DNA of 64,000 bases. Origin: Chiloscyllium plagiosum (taxonomy: Eukaryota). Positions 26,174 through 38,378 of this stretch are shown here, one piece after another. The DNA is taken from NCBI RefSeq assembly GCF_004010195.1, contig NC_057720.1, forward strand, positions 35,362,771 through 35,426,770. The letters run 5' to 3'. Both the position numbers and the translations under genes were made by a program. The first letter of the stretch is position 1, and each line of letters starts with the position of its first letter. The notes below the pieces were generated by a model. That model saw nothing but the letters and a program-made list of their open reading frames with translations. It was not told the origin of the DNA and ran no database searches.

Positions 26174-26585
26174 CCATAAGACCATAAGACCATAAGACAT
26201 AGGAGTGGAAGTAAGGCCATTTGGCCCATCGAGTCCACTGCGCCATTCAATCATGGCTGATGCGCATTTCAGCTCCACTTACCAGCGTTCTCCCCGTAGC
26301 CCTTAATTCCTCGAGACAACAAGAATCTATCAATCCCGGCCTTGAAGACATTTAGCATCCCGGCTTCCACTGCACTCCGTGGCAATGAATTCCACAGGCC
26401 CACCACTCTCTGGCTGAAGAAATGCCTCCGCATTTCTGTTCTGAAATGACCCCCTCTAATTCTAAGGCTGTGTCCACGGGTCCTAGTCTCCTCGTTTAAC
26501 TGAAACAATTTCCTAGCATCCACCTTTTCCAAGCCATGTATTATTTTGTACGTCTCTATTAAGTCTCCCCTTAATCTTCTAAACA
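26174..26585 (-). mobile_element. CR1 3' fragment with (ccataaga)n tail
   Basis: ORF RRLRGDLIETYKII...VGLWNSLP; tail 26174-26200. Confidence 0.9.
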
Positions 26586-27137
26586 TGTTCTACTGCATTC
26601 TGTCAGCCATTTTCTGTTCAGTTATGGGCAGCCTTTGGACATTTTGTGCTACTTAATTACAGACAGCACAAACAGGCAATCCCTTATTTTTGTACAATGA
26701 CCCCTAGTTCCAATTGCTTTTACAAGAATGTTCTTTCTCCATCCACCATGTCAAAACTTCTCAGGAATGCGCAGATATTTTTAGTTAACCTGCTCAGATT
26801 GTATTTTGATATACATCTGGAGCAGGTGGGACTTGAAGCCAGGCCTTTAGCCCAGAGGTAGGGGCAATACCACTGCAACGCAAGAGCTTTTTCTTGGGAT
26901 TTTACATGTTTCTATCAAGTTGCATTTTACTGCTCTTGACTCCAGCAGATACAAACCTATCCTGTCCAACCTTTCCTCATAAGACAACCAATCTATTCCA
27001 GATAGTTGTCCAGTCAACCTTCTCTGAACTGCTTCCATTAAATTTATATTCTTCTTAATTTAGGAGACTAAACTGCACACATAGTACTCCAGATGTAGTA
27101 ATATCAAAATCCTGTATAACTAATTCTGTATAAATTT

Positions 27138-27352
27138 TGGTTAGCTCAGTTGGCTGGTAATTGGTTTGTGATGCAGAGTGATGCTACCAGTGTGGATTCA
27201 ATTCCCACACCAGCTGAAGATACTATGCAGGACTGTTCTTTTCACCCTCTCCCCTCACTTGTGGTACCTTGAACCTCAGGTTAAATCACCATCAGTTGTT
27301 TCTATCTAATGAGAGAGTAACCCTATGGTCTACAATGACTATAGTGACTTTT
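27138..27352 (+). mobile_element. tRNA-derived SINE
   Basis: gttagctcagttgg A-box; ggattcaattccc B-box-like motif. Confidence 0.6.
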
Positions 27353-27354
27353 AG

Positions 27355-27685
27355 GGCTCAGTGGTTAGCACTGCTACCTCACAGCAACCGGGACCCAGGT
27401 TCAATTCCGCCCCCAGGTGATTGGCTGTGTGGAGTTTGCACATTATCCTTGTGTCTGTGTGCATTTGCTCGGAGTGCTCTGGTTTCCTCCCATAGTACAA
27501 AGATGTGCAGATTGGGTGGATGAGCTATGCTCAACTTCCCATGGTGCCCAAAGTATGCAGGTTAGATGGATTAGCCAAGAAAAATGCAGGGTTACAGGGA
27601 TGGAGTGGGTCTGGGTGGGATGCTCTTCAGACGATCGACATGGACTCAATGGGCTGAACGACCTGCTTCCACAATGATTTTATGA
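27355..27685 (+). mobile_element. Older HE1-like V-SINE
   Basis: ggctcagtggttagcactgct...ggttcaattcc...tgtggagtttgcaca V-domain. Confidence 0.8.
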
Positions 27686-28420
27686 AATATAATCTTCTTA
27701 CTTTTGCATTCAATTTCCCTTTCAATAAACAAGAACATATTATTAGCTTTCCCAATTGCATGCTGTACCAGCATATTCAGTTTTATGATTCATGTATTAC
27801 GACACACTGATCCCTCTGCATCTCAGAACTCTGCAGTCTCTTATCGTTTAGATAATATGCATCATTTTCATTCCTGCCAAAATAGGCATTTTCACATTTT
27901 CCCACAATATACTAAATTTGCTAGATCTTTGTCCACTCACTTAACTAGTATACTCCCTGTGTCTTCTTCACAATTTATTTTTCTACCTATCATTGCATCA
28001 TCAGCAAATAATGATGGAATAGTAGTTGCTTTGCCTACACTCATTATCAAGAAAAACTGGTCAATGTCTATGGAACCTTTGCTCAGCAAGGGATGGATGT
28101 CTTCAGGAAAGAAGGAGGGGAGAATTCGCAGAGAAATTCCAAATGTTATAATACAAACAATTATGAGTAAACTGCTGAAAGTGGCTCACTGGAAAAGTTG
28201 GCAAATGACATTATTCAAACTGGCAGATAATAATCGACAAATAACTGATCAACAATTAATAAAAATTAAATATGAAGTATTAAACTGAAGTGTTAACTTT
28301 CTCTGCTTCCTCTTATTAAACCTGTTCCACAAACAATCCTCAGCCAATAAGAAACGATCAGAGATGCTGTGCCTGACCTTATCAGTTACAATTGTGTAGC
28401 TGATCCCTAGGAAATATATG

Positions 28421-28633
28421 AGGAGAAAGTGAGGTCTGCAGATGCTGGATATCAGAGCTGAAAATGTGTTGCTGGAAAAGCGCAGCAGGTCAGGCAGCAT
28501 CCAGGGAACAGGAGAATCGACGTTTCGGGCATAAGCCCTTCTTCAGGAAGAAGGGCTTATGCCCGAAACGTCGATTCTCCTGTTCCCTGGATGCTGCCTG
28601 ACCTGCTGCGCTTTTCCAGCAACACATTTTCAG
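28421..28633 (-). mobile_element. Young fold-back PLE terminal-repeat element with hammerhead core
   Basis: Perfect 88-bp inverted repeat (28457-28544 / 28547-28634); 16-bp TSD ccctaggaaatatatg (28405-28420 / 28634-28649). Confidence 0.92.
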
Positions 28634-29520
28634 CCCTAGGAAATATATGTCAGGCCAGAAAGACTGAAAGTTGTTGCCTGTGAGCTTATGTCTGGATAAA
28701 TCAGCCAAGAAAGCTAATGTAAAATGAACACCAAAGCATCTATCATGGTGGGTGGTGAGCACGTCCAGATTCTGAGCCAGAATGAACCACCCACCGAGCT
28801 GGTCTGGGCATCAGAAGAGGCGTCGTGTGTCCAAATCTGAATCAAACGTTCAGCGTTTTGCATATAAAAGTAAGGGGCAACATTAACAAATCTCAAACAA
28901 TGAGAAAGGACATGAGGAGGTATTGACTGATGGTCATTTATCACTTACAGAAAGAAACTGCAACAGCATCTAAAGAGAAGAGTCATTAAGTGTTTCAGGA
29001 TGTTAATAGCACTGCATTTTTTGGGAGAAATGGACAAGTTTAGTGTGCCTTAGATGAAACGGTGAGAGCACAACATAATTAGACAAGCTGCCAAAGAATT
29101 TATTGAAAACAGAAATGTTGGTAATTCAAACCCAATTCTCTGTAATGCTTTTTGTAAAATAGAATGCTACAAAATTATAATAAACTGTGAGACAAAGTGA
29201 CTAGATTGTTTTAATTTCCAGAGGAATACCCAATATTATATAAAATATAGTCACTGTAGTGATTTTTTTTCAATTTATTTTACTTTGAAGGAGTATGTTC
29301 CCATCTGCTCCCATGATGTAAGAGTTGAAAATCTATTTATTTCATGAAGCAAGTTCTAAAGGTTAGTTGGATTTGTGACATAAAACCTGGGACTATATTT
29401 AATCTATGAATTAGGATCTTAATTCTGTGATGCAGACCTTGAAAATGCCTATTGAATTTATATTGTGGTGCTGCCTTTTTTTAAAACAGCAAATTACAGG
29501 AAATTTTATCAACCCTTGTT

Positions 29521-30646
29521 TATAGAACATAGAACATAGAAAAGTACAGCACAAAACAGGTCCTTTGACCCATGATATGCCAAGGATTAATCCTAATCTA
29601 AAAAAAAACCTAACCTACACCCCCCTCAATTCACTGCTGTCCATGTGCATGTCCAGCAGTCACTTAAATGTTCCTAATGACTCTGCTTCCATCACCACTG
29701 CTGGCAATGCATTCCATGCGTTCACGACTCTCTACATAAATAACCTACCTCTGACGTCCCCTCTATACCTTCCTCCTAACACCTTAAAACTATGACTCCT
29801 CATGCCAACCAATCCTGCCCTGGGGAAAAGTTTCTGGCTATCGACTCTATCTATGCCTCTTGTTACTTTGTACACCTCAATCAGGTCACCTCTCTTCCCC
29901 CTTCTCTCCAGAAAGAAAGGTCCGAGCTTAGCCAACCTCTCTTCATAAGACAAGCCTTTCAGTCCAGGCAGAATCCTGGTAAACCTTCTTTGCACCCTCT
30001 CCAAAGCCTCCACATCTTTCCTATAATAGGGCAACCAGAACTGGACACATTATTCCAAGTGTGGTCTCACCAGGGTTTCGTAGAGATGCAGCAAAACCTC
30101 ACGGCTCTTAAACTCGATCCCCTGGTTAATGAAAACCAAAACACCATATGCTTTCTTAACAACCCTATCCAATTAGGTGGCAACTTTGAGGGATCTATGC
30201 ACTTGTACACCAAGATCCCACTGTTCCTCCAGACTGCCAAGAATCCTGTCTTTAATCCTATATTCAGCATTCAAGTTCAGCCTTCCAAAATGCATCACTT
30301 CACATTTATCCAGGTTGAACTCCATCTGCCATTTCTCACCCTAGCTCTGCATCCTGTCAATGTTGCGTTGCAGCCTGCAACAGTCCTCAATAATATCAAC
30401 GGCACCTTAATCCTTCCCTCAACCTCCTCATTCAAGTCATTTATAAAACTTACTAAAAACAGAGGCCCAAGAACAGAGCCCTGCAGGACACCACTCACCA
30501 CTGACCTCCAGGCAGAATACTTTCCATCTACAACCCATTCTCTGCCTTCTGTCAGCCAACTAATTCTGAATACAGAGAGCCAAATCGTCTGTATTCCATA
30601 GTTCCTGACTTTATGAATGAGCCTACCATGGGAACCTTATCAAATG
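29521..30646 (-). mobile_element. CR1 fragment with (agaacat)n tail
   Basis: ORFs SGVLQGSVLGPLFL, YRKDVEALERVQRRFTR; tail 29521-29540. Confidence 0.9.
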
Positions 30647-30669
30647 TGAAGCTAAATAATCAATAATCC

Positions 30670-32280
30670 AGACTGCGTCACAGCATGGTTCAAAATCTGG
30701 ACATGAGAGCTGAATTCCAGATTGGAGGTGAGACTGACTGCCCTTGAGGTGACATTTGACAAAATGTAGTACAAAGGAAATTTAGTAAAATTGAAATCAA
30801 TAGAAATTAGGAAGAAATTTCCATGCTGCATTTGCTGGAGTCATATCTCACACACAGGAAGATGGCTGAGGGCTTTGGAAGCCAATCATAGCAGCCTCAT
30901 GACATCACACCAGGAGTTCCCCAGAGCAGTGCCCCCAGTCCAACCACCTTTGGTTACTTCACCAATGACCTTCCCTCCATTATATGGTCAGAAGAGAAGT
31001 TGTTTGCTGACAACTGCACAGTATTCAGTTCCATTTACAACTCCTCAGATATTGAAACAATGTTTGCACCTGAGTCATGAACTGGACAATATTTAGAGAA
31101 AATGCTGGAAAATCTCAGCAGGTCTGGCAGCATCTGAATGGAGAGAAAAGAGCTAACGGTTCGAGTCTAACTGACCCTTTGTCAAAGCTGAAAAAAGGGA
31201 GAAATAGGGAGGTATTTATACTCAGCTGAGAGAAGGTGAGTCATGGCTCCAGAAGCAAAGGTATCAATAAAGAGGTGATAATGACAGTGCATAGAAAGAT
31301 TATAGGGAGATTAGGAGCAGTGAATGACCAAGGCTGAAGCCAGCGCTTTGTGACAAAATATGTGGGGGAGGGGGGGGATGGGTGAAGCAGAGGCAAAATG
31401 GAAAACAGGGGAGAAGGGTAGCAAAGGGAAAAGAGGAGGAAAAAAGTGGTGAGAGAGTGGGGAGCGAGAGAAAGAGAGACAATCAAGAAATAAGAATTAC
31501 AGAACAGTGAAAAAAATATTTTAAAAATATAAAAAAAGGATAAATAAAATAAAATAAATGAAATAAAATTACGGAGCAGAATGAAAACAGATGGGTCGAG
31601 ATGGGATAATCATCTGAAGTTGTTGAATTCAATGTTGAGACCGGCAGGCTGTAACGTGCCTATTCGGAAGAGGAGATGCTGTTCCTCCAGTTTGCATTGA
31701 GCTTCACTGGAACATTGCAGCAGGCCAAGGGCAGACATGTGGGCATGGGAGCAGGATTGTGTGTTGAAGTTAATCAGATTAAGCAGTGTTTCACTTGTAC
31801 CTCTTTCAATTTGGTCTATTGCATTCGTTGCTCCCAATGTGGTCTCCTCTATATCGGAGAGACAAAACGCCAACTGGGTGATCGCTTTGCTGACCACCTT
31901 CGGTCTGTACGCAATCAGGTCCTGGACCTTCCCGTGGCTTGCCACTTCAACACACAATCCGGCTGACTCGAAATGTCAGCTCTTTTCTCTCCTTACAGAT
32001 GCTGCCAGACCTGCTGAGATTTTCCAGCATTTTCTCTTTTGGTTTCAGATTTCAGCATACGCAGTAATTTGCTTTTATTTTGGACAACGTTTAGATCTGG
32101 AATGATATGTGGCTTGAAACATCCACACAACAGGCATGGTCATCTCTAACAGGAGGCAATCTAAGTATCTCCTCTAGACATTCAATGGCATTACCATTGG
32201 CGAATCCAACACTACTATCCAGAAAGTCCATTGGTCCAGCTACCTAATGGCAGTGGTTTCAAAAGCAGGTCAAAGCCCAG
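30670..32280 (+). mobile_element. Old family B LINE fragment split by a PLE insertion (30670-31097 and 32081-32280)
   Basis: caggagttccccagagcagtg (GVPQ) ... ctggacaatatttag (LDNI); continues after 32081. Confidence 0.65.
31098..32080 (-). mobile_element. Penelope-like element 3' fragment with internal inversion and inverted termini
   Basis: GIY-YIG NLVYCIRCSQCGLLYIGETKRQLGDRFADH on plus; continuation FNTQSCSHAHMSALGLLQC...KLEEQHLLFRIGTLQP on minus; 15-bp imperfect TSD. Confidence 0.9.
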
Positions 32281-32384
32281 GTTATTTAGGGCTCAATTCT
32301 GTTGCACATTCTGAGCTATTGTTTACTGCCGTCATGCTCTTTTAAATACAAGTTACTGCAGGATCTGATTGATCGAGTTATTTT

Positions 32385-32860
32385 TAAAATTCATTCACAG
32401 GATGAGGGCATCACTGGCCACCATTTAACCTCCATCCCAGAGGGCAGTTAAGAGTCAACTACATTGCTGTTTCACATGTAGGCCAGACCAGTTAAGAATA
32501 GCAGTTTCGTTCCCTAAAGGATATTAGTGAACCAGATGAGTTTTTTTCCCAACAATTGACAATGGTTTCATTGTTGTGGTTCTGTTCGCCGAGCTGGGAA
32601 TTTGTGTTGCAGACGTTTCGTCCCCTGTCTAGACAACACAAATTCCCAGCTCGGCAAACAGAACCACAACAAAGAGCACCCGAGCTACAAGTCTTCTCAC
32701 AAACTTTGAACCATGGTTTCATGGTCATCAGTAGACTCTTAATTCCAGATTTTTAAAAAATTGAATTCAAAATCCACCATCTGCCATGGTGGGACATAAA
32801 CCAGGTCTCCAGAACATTACCTGTGTCTCTGGGTTAACAATCCAATGATAATACCATAGG
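32385..32860 (-). mobile_element. tRNA-derived SINE with family B LINE tail, interrupted by a fold-back insert
   Basis: Head near 32780-32860, core at 32440-32520, attcattca tail at ~32390. Confidence 0.75.
32572..32712 (+). mobile_element. Short fold-back PLE-like insert
   Basis: 39-bp arms 32571-32609 / 32634-32672 (1 mismatch); 10-bp TSD atggtttcat (32562-32571 / 32713-32722); gacgtttc in the loop. Confidence 0.85.
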
Positions 32861-33239
32861 TCAGCCTTTTCCACTAACCTGGAGATCGTCAATTAAATCA
32901 TTTATGGCTTCTCCTGGAGACTGAACTCTTCTAATAGTCTTGTGTTTTAATAATTTTGTTATTGTTTCAATACTTCTTCAGAAGATCATGGTATTTCTTT
33001 TACCCTTGATGAGCAATAAAGTCAATCACTGTATTCCCAGCTTCATATAGAAATGTATTTACTTGTTCAGATTCTAATTTACTCTCTAATTTGGAGACTA
33101 TATATCAGAAAAAGTTTTTTCCAGCATGTCAAATTCTGTATCTTAATTGACTCATGTCTAAAATTGTCTTCCTGGTAATACACTTCTAATGTTATGTCTT
33201 TCTGATGTACTAATATGATTTGCTTGATTCAAGACTTTT

Positions 33240-33605
33240 AATAGAATCATACAGTACAGAAGAGGCTCTTTGGCCCATCAAGTCTGTACTACCAAAGCTA
33301 CATTAAATCTACACTGGCCCAAGATTCTAGCACTAGGCTCATAGCTTTGAATGTTATAGCATTTCAAATGCTTGTCCAGTAATATTTTTAAAGGTTGTGA
33401 GGTTACCTACCTCATCTACCTTCCCAGGCAGTGCATCCCAGATCCCCACCACCCTCTGGGTAAAAAAGCTTTTCCTGAAACCCACTCTAAACATCCTGCT
33501 CTTCATCTTAAACTTTTGCCCCCTTGTTGTTGATGCTTTGACGAAGGGGAACAGTTATTTTTCTATCCACCCAGTCCATGCATCTCATGCTCTTAGACAC
33601 CTCTA
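33240..33605 (-). mobile_element. CR1 3' fragment
   Basis: atagaatcatacagtacagaagagg 3' end; ttcccaggcagtgcatcccagatccccaccaccctctggg. Confidence 0.7.
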
Positions 33606-33764
33606 TTCCATTTTTAATTTCAGAGTAAGTGCAGCTTTACTGCTGTTTGCTACACTATTGTGAACTTCTCTCAAATCGGTTGGCTCAGATGAATGATTCT
33701 CATTTTCTCACAACTGAAATGAATATTCCCATCATTCCCAGCTAAAATTGAGAATTTTTAAAAA

Positions 33765-34450
33765 TTCATTCATGGGTTGTGGATGTGGGTGTTGCAGATA
33801 AGCCAGCATTAATGGCATCCCTAAATATCCTGGAGAGGGTAGTGGTGAGCTCCTTTTTTGATCTTTTGTAGTCATTTGAGTATAGGGACACCCAAAGTAC
33901 TACTGGGGAGAGAATTTCAGCATTTTGACCCAGCGAGAGTGGATGAATGGCATAAAGGACCAGTTTATGATTTGAGGGAAACATGCCCGTTGTATCTGTT
34001 GCCTCTGTCCTTCTCGCAGGTAAGGTTCATGGGTTTGGATGGTGATGTGGGAGCTGTTGGTGAGTCACTGCAGTGCATCTTGCAGCTATGCATCAAAGGA
34101 TGGGGTGCCTGTCAAGCAGGCGGCTTTGACCTTGGTGGTGTCTAATTCCTTAAGTAGTGTTGGAGCTGTATTCATTCAAGCTAGTGAGCAGTATTCCATT
34201 CACACTCCTGATTTGTGCCTTATGGATTGTGGACAGGGGTTTATTGCTGTAAAATTCCTGGCCTGTGACTTTCACTTGTTCATTCAGTATTCATCTAGCT
34301 CATCCAGTTCAGTTTCTGATCAATGGTAATCCCTAGGATGTTCATAAAGGGGGATTCAACAATGACAATGCCATTAAACAGTAAGGATCATGTTAGGGAT
34401 AGTCATTGCCTGGCATTTGTCTGGTGTGAATGTTCCTTGCCACTTAATCA
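33765..34450 (-). mobile_element. Family B LINE 3' fragment
   Basis: Colinear with 12840-13610; attcattcatgg tail. Confidence 0.7.
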
Positions 34451-37231
34451 CTTAATCACTCACCCAGGATCCCTCTGTGCTGCACATTTTGACTGTCTCT
34501 CCCTATTTCAGTAGGTCTGCCGTTTGATTCTTCTGCCAAAAGACATAACCTCATGTACTCTTACATTAAAATCAATCTGCCAGATTTTTGAACACTCATT
34601 CAATTTATTTATATTGCCTTTCAGATTTCTTCTGCCCTCATTACAATATGTCCTCCCACCTATTATTGTGTCATGAGCAAATTTGGATACATTACACTCT
34701 GTCTCCTCCTCCAATATACATAATAAATAATTAAGACTCTAGGACTGATCTTTATGACTCTCCACTAGTTACATTCTACAAGACTCATTCATCCTAACTC
34801 TCTACTTGTACGTATTAATCCTCAATCTATGCTAATACTTTACTGCAAATATCGTAAGCTCCTATCTTGCACAATAACCATTTGCCGAATGCTTTCTGGA
34901 AATCCAAATATTGCCAGTCATTCCACTTTATCAACTCTACTTGTTATATCCTCAAAGAACTCTAGCAAATTTGTCAAACATGAATTCCCTTTCACAAAAC
35001 CATGTTTACTTTGTTTGATTGTATTCAGCTTTTCTAAATGTCCTGCTATTTCTTCCTTAGTAACACACTCTAGTATTTTCTCAACCACAGATATTAATCC
35101 AATGGGACTATAGTTTTCTGTTTTCCATCTCCGTCCATCCTTGAACAGGGTAATGACATTAGCAGTTTTACAATCTACTGGAACCCTCCCAGAATCCAAT
35201 AGGCTTGGAATATTATGACCACAGTCTCCACTATCTCTGCAGCCACTTCTTTTAAAACCCTTGCTTCAGGTTATCTCGTCTTAATAACTTGTCTACTTTT
35301 GGTTCCATTAGTTTGTCATTACTTTGGATCTCATGATAGAGATTGTTACAAGAATTTTTCTCCCTTATAACCCTGGATATCTGATATCTTTGGGATGTTT
35401 ATGGCATTGTCTACTATGAAAACAAATACAAAAGTATTGGTTGAAATTATTTGCCATTTCCCTACTATCAATCCCCAGTGGCATCCTCCACAAGGTCACA
35501 TACTCACTTTAGCTACTGTCTTTTTGTTTGCATACGTATCGAAGCTTTTGCTGTTATCTTTATATTTCTTGCCAATTTGCTTTAATAATCAATTTTCTCC
35601 TTGTTTATTTCCTTTTTAGCCATCCATTGCTGGCCCCTGAATATTCCCAATTCTCTGGCCTGCTATTAGCTTGACCATCTTAGTTGACGACGGGTAGTTT
35701 ATCTATCCCACCAAGACTTTCTTTTTGACCATAATACATGTTTGCTGTGTATTATGAAATATCTGCTTAAATGTCAGCTGCTGCCCATCTATTGACTTAG
35801 CTTATTTTCCCAGCTCACTTTAGACTCACTCTCTTTCTTCATTCCTCTGGAACTGTCCTTTTTTTTAATATATAGGTATTTTTATTGAAAAAAGAAAATT
35901 TTAAAGATTTTTTACAAAATTACAAAAGTAATACAAACAAGTATAAACACCAATATAAAATTAAATAAACAAGAGATAAAAAAACAAATAATAACCAAAA
36001 AAAGAGAAAGAAAAACCCAACTAACTACTAATTTATCCTACAAACAACCAAAACATAAAATAGAATATCATACATTACTAGCAATAAACAACAAAATAAT
36101 TAAATAACTAGATACATGCTCAAAATAGATTTACATCAAGTCATAATAAAACCCGTATTTATACGGGATTTCTCCTCCCGGGGGTCCCTGAACCAGCCAG
36201 AATCATTACCACAGCTAGATGAAAGCTCTGGACAGTATGGCTAAGATATCTGTGTCGATGTAGTTCAAAAAGGGCTGCCCATATTTTATAGAATAATTCA
36301 GTTTCTTGGTGCACCATATTTATGAGGAAGTCGAGGGGGATATATTCCATGACTAACCCGTGCCAGTTTGAAAGTCCTGGAGGGCCTTCAGCTACCCAAT
36401 TCACTAAGGTATATTTCCTTGCACAGAAAAAAAAGAATGGTAGATAATTTCCTCCCGTACACATCCAGGGAGGGAAAATCTGAAGAACCCAAAAGCAGGG
36501 ACGCTGGATCCAATCTAATCTCTGTACCCAAGATCTCTGTCAAGACATTCGCTACTCTGTCCCTATACTGTCCCACTACTCTGCAGATCTTATGGCATGT
36601 CCATAGACAATGCGTGAGAGTGCCAACTTCTATTTTACATTTAGGACACATTGGCGATGCTCCTACCTTGAATTTTGCGAGTCGTTCAGGTGTCAAATGA
36701 GCCCTGTGGAGTTTCTTTAATTGAATAGCCTGAGTTCTATTACAAATAGAGATCTTTCTGGCATTTTCCCAGATGTCTTCCCACATTTCTAATGAGACTT
36801 CCAACCCTAATTCTTGATTCCAGGTTTTTAATAATCGTTTCATGTCCTTAGATACTTTATTATATAATGAGTGATAAAGAGTACTAACCGAGGGGGGCTC
36901 CATCGGCCATAGCACTCACCTTTCCCTATCCAATTTGTAGGAATTAATTATCAGTGTGGTCTTGCTTTGTATATAATTTCGTATGTGGAAATGCCGGAAA
37001 AGGTCCCTGTTAGGCAGTCCAAACTTCTGGTGCACCTGCTCAAAGGACATCATAACCTCCCCATTAAACAGGTCTCCCAAGCAGGAGATACCTCTGGACT
37101 TCCAAGTTTTAAATGTTGCATCTGTCACCCCTGGCTGGAATCCCAGTGCTCCCACTATAGGAATATAAGGGGAGGTTTTTTGCAGGTTACCCTCATCTTG
37201 TCGCATTATCCTCCAGGCTTTAATTGTATTT

Positions 37232-37541
37232 AATTAGATTAGATTCCCTACAGTGTGGAAACAGGCCCTTCGGCCCAACCAGTCCACACCGACCCACCGA
37301 AGAGTAACCCACTCAGACCCAATTCTCTCTGACTAACGCACCTTGCACTATGGGCAATTTAGCATGGCCAATTCACCTAACCTGCACATCTTTGGATTGT
37401 GGGAGGAAACCAGAGCACCTGGAGGAAAGCCACGCAGACAAAGGGAGAATGTGCAAACTCCACACAGACAGTCACCCAAAGCTGGAATCGAACCTGGGAC
37501 CGTAGGGCTGTGAAGCAGCAGTGCTAACCACTGAGCCACCA
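37232..37541 (-). mobile_element. HE1-like V-SINE inside L1 ORF2
   Basis: Reverse complement has tRNA head, V-domain and (aatct)n tail. Confidence 0.9.
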
Positions 37542-38058
37542 TGCACAATAGTCCATAACAGCTCTCATCTTGTCCATAAATAAAAGATTGATGAGGGGGC
37601 ATTTTGCTTGGGAGATCTCAATATCTCACCAGAATGATTGGGTTTCTTGTGACCCATAATCAGCTACGTAAGATAATAAGGAGCTCAATTGATACCTCCT
37701 AAAATCTGGAAAGTCCAGTCCTCCCCTTGCTTGTGTGAGTTGCAGCTTTTCTAATTTGATAAGGAGCCATTTATGATTCCAAATAAAGGAGCCGAGCCAG
37801 CCATAAAGCTTACGTAATGCTTGTCTCTGCAGCATCGGGGGAGCATAGGATATAGAAGACGAGGTAGAATATTCATCTTAACTAGGGCTACTCTGGCTAA
37901 CCAGGATTTTGGGAGATATCCCCAGCGTTGAAGGTCCTGTCTTATTTTCTCTAATAAGTGCACAAAACTAGCTTTATACAGCTGACCAAATACTGGGGTG
38001 ATAAAACTAACTAGAACAGAAAACATTTTAGTGACCATCAAAAAGTGAAGCAAGATCT

Positions 38059-38378
38059 GGGCGGCACGGTGGCACAGTGGTTAGCACTGCTGCCTCACAG
38101 CATCAGAGACACGGGTTCAATTCCCGCCTCAGGCGACTGACTGTGTGGAGTTTGCACGTTCTCCCCGTGTCTGCGTGGGTTTCCTCCAGGTGCTCCGGTT
38201 TCCTCCCACAGTCCAAAGATGTGCAGGTCAGGTGAATTGGCCATGCTAAATTGCCCGTAGTGTTAGGTAAGGGGTAAATGTAGGGGTATGGGTGGATTGC
38301 GCTTCGGCGGGGCGGTGTGGACTTGTTGGACCAAAGGGCCTGTTTCCACACTGTACGTAATCTAATCTAATCTAATCT
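38059..38378 (+). mobile_element. Young HE1-like V-SINE inside L1 ORF2
   Basis: gggcggcacggtggcacagtggttagc...; CpG-rich; (taatc)4 tail. Confidence 0.93.

Larger units (their letters stand above)
26888..28010 (-). mobile_element. Old CR1 fragment split by two tandem SINEs (pieces ~26888-27125 and ~27690-28010)
   Basis: ORF MEAVQRRLTG...SYEERLDRIGLY; upstream RT sequence resumes after the SINEs. Confidence 0.65.

Noticed and set aside
27704..28288. 194-aa ORF
   Set aside because: First half is antisense CR1; the rest has no recognisable homology
28421..28633. Classical DNA-transposon MITE or pre-miRNA
   Set aside because: Asymmetric one-sided extension, variable-length TSDs among relatives and homology to PLE termini argue against it; no miRNA evidence
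29792..30601. 269-aa plus-strand ORF (also 998-1384, 8254-8703, 41335-41967, 47422-47976)
   Set aside because: Antisense shadows of LINE coding sequence
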